Assembly: GCA_050260015.1 (NCBI GenBank)
Contig: JBLNBN010000022.1
Span: 23,290 to 87,289 of the forward strand
Direction of reading: 5' to 3'
Source: Chloroflexota bacterium
GTDB taxonomy: Bacteria > Bacteroidota > Ignavibacteria > Kapaibacteriales > UBA2268
DNA: 64,000 bases
Both the position numbers and the translations under genes were made by a program. Of this stretch, positions 63,143-64,000 are shown in pieces; position 1 is the first letter of the stretch, and each line of letters begins with the position of its first letter. The notes under the pieces were generated by a model, which saw only the letters and a list, made by a program, of their open reading frames with translations, had not been told where the DNA came from and did not search any database.

Positions 63143-64000
63143 ATGAAAAAAGCGACGTATGCAATATTGATATTATTTATAGGCTTTACGGGAGCTTTCG
63201 GTTCGGAAGAAATCGAAAAATCGCTTCAATCGGCCAACATGGGTTCGGAATTTTGGCTCACAGTCCCGCCGTGCCCGGAGAGCGAATACTCCTCGAATAC
63301 GAATCGCATAAAGCTCTTCGTAACGTCGTACGTTTCCACGCGAGTGCGCGCGGAAGCCGCCGACGGAACTCTCTTCCAGGAGATCGACCTACCTGCGGGG
63401 ATAACCCGCTCGATAGAGCTTTACCCGGAACAGGCTCAACCGTTTATCTCGACTTATTACTCCAACCAGTTCGCCAACCGCGTCTACCCCGGCTCGGCCT
63501 TCCGCGTGGTCGCGGACGATCCTATCGCGCTTTTTGTCGTGCTCAGCTTCCGCACGGATAGCGAAGGCTACCTCGCGCTGCCGACGAGCGCGCTCGGAAC
63601 GGATTACAGGGTTTCCTCGTACAGCGACGCGGCCGGCCAATACGGCGAAAACGTGTCCTATCCTTCTCTCGCAGGCATCGTGGCCGCGTTCGACAATACA
63701 GTCGTGCGTATGTTGCCATGCTCCGAGCACAACACCTTTAAGCCCTATCCGTCGCCGCAGGCCGACACTGTAACAAAGACGCTAAATCGCGGAGACGTAT
63801 GGGTGTTCTCCTCCAGAGGCGGCGAGAGCGACCTCTCGGGCAGCTCTATACAAACTAATTTCCCCGTCGCCGTTATTACCGCCAATCAATGCGCTAACGT
63901 GCCTCTTAAGAATAAATCCTGCGAATATATTACGGAAATGGAAAGCCCCGTCGTTAGCTGGGGCAAAACGTACTTCGCTTCAAAGATATTCGGCAGGAAA
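63143..64000 (+). CDS. Secreted protein, N-terminal part (runs off the right edge), IgGFc-binding-protein-N-terminal-like domain
   Basis: Absent from the ORF track because it has no stop. Hand translation from the ATG at 63143 (AGGTGG RBS) gives MKKATYAILILFIGFTGAFGSEE..GSEFWLTVPP...GTDYRVSSY..IQTNFPVAVITANQCANVP..SCEYITEMESPVVSWGKTYF, open for all 286 codons. Confidence 0.75.
   Translation, partial: MKKATYAILILFIGFTGAFGSEEIEKSLQSANMGSEFWLTVPPCPESEYSSNTNRIKLFVTSYVSTRVRAEAADGTLFQEIDLPAGITRSIELYPEQAQPFISTYYSNQFANRVYPGSAFRVVADDPIALFVVLSFRTDSEGYLALPTSALGTDYRVSSYSDAAGQYGENVSYPSLAGIVAAFDNTVVRMLPCSEHNTFKPYPSPQADTVTKTLNRGDVWVFSSRGGESDLSGSSIQTNFPVAVITANQCANVPLKNKSCEYITEMESPVVSWGKTYFASKIFGRK

Overview
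A 64 kb chromosomal segment, by eye GC-rich in coding regions with AT-rich intergenic spacers, that looks like a flagellated member of the FCB superphylum (Ignavibacteriota-like). This placement is an inference from gene content. At least four proteins end in Por/T9SS C-terminal sorting domains, there is a TonB-receptor/DUF4249 pair, and a flgB-flgC-fliE-fliF operon carries sigma-54-type promoters. About 60 protein genes and two tRNAs (Thr-CGU, Gln-UUG) are supportable. Housekeeping genes include pfp, queA, folP, rpmE-rpsR, ybaK, prs-rplY, lpxH, birA-coaX, pepD, a polyprenyl synthase, czcD and zupT. Both window edges carry open, partial genes that the ORF track omits: 1-4022 on the minus strand and 63143-64000 on the plus strand. 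The most unusual content is as follows. (1) An orphan but apparently intact phage-type terminase large-subunit (TerL) homologue sits between a KamA-family radical-SAM gene and a PqqD-like gene, with no other phage genes (46.9-50.6 kb). (2) Three tandem paralogous surface-protein genes (1-9421) are built from Ig-superfamily modules with the canonical C...W...C triad; these flank divergent, partly AT-rich insert cassettes, and there is nucleotide-level evidence of recombination between copies. (3) The flagellar rod/MS-ring operon has two sigma-54-like promoters, an extra unknown ORF between flgC and fliE, and no fliG downstream. (4) There is an AT-rich orphan gene island at 53.5-54.2 kb. (5) An extremely acidic small protein lies within a two-component locus. 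(6) An L31(type B)-S18 operon is preceded by a Lys-rich 57-aa ORF and a tandem direct repeat. No CRISPR array, transposase, integrase or rRNA was seen.
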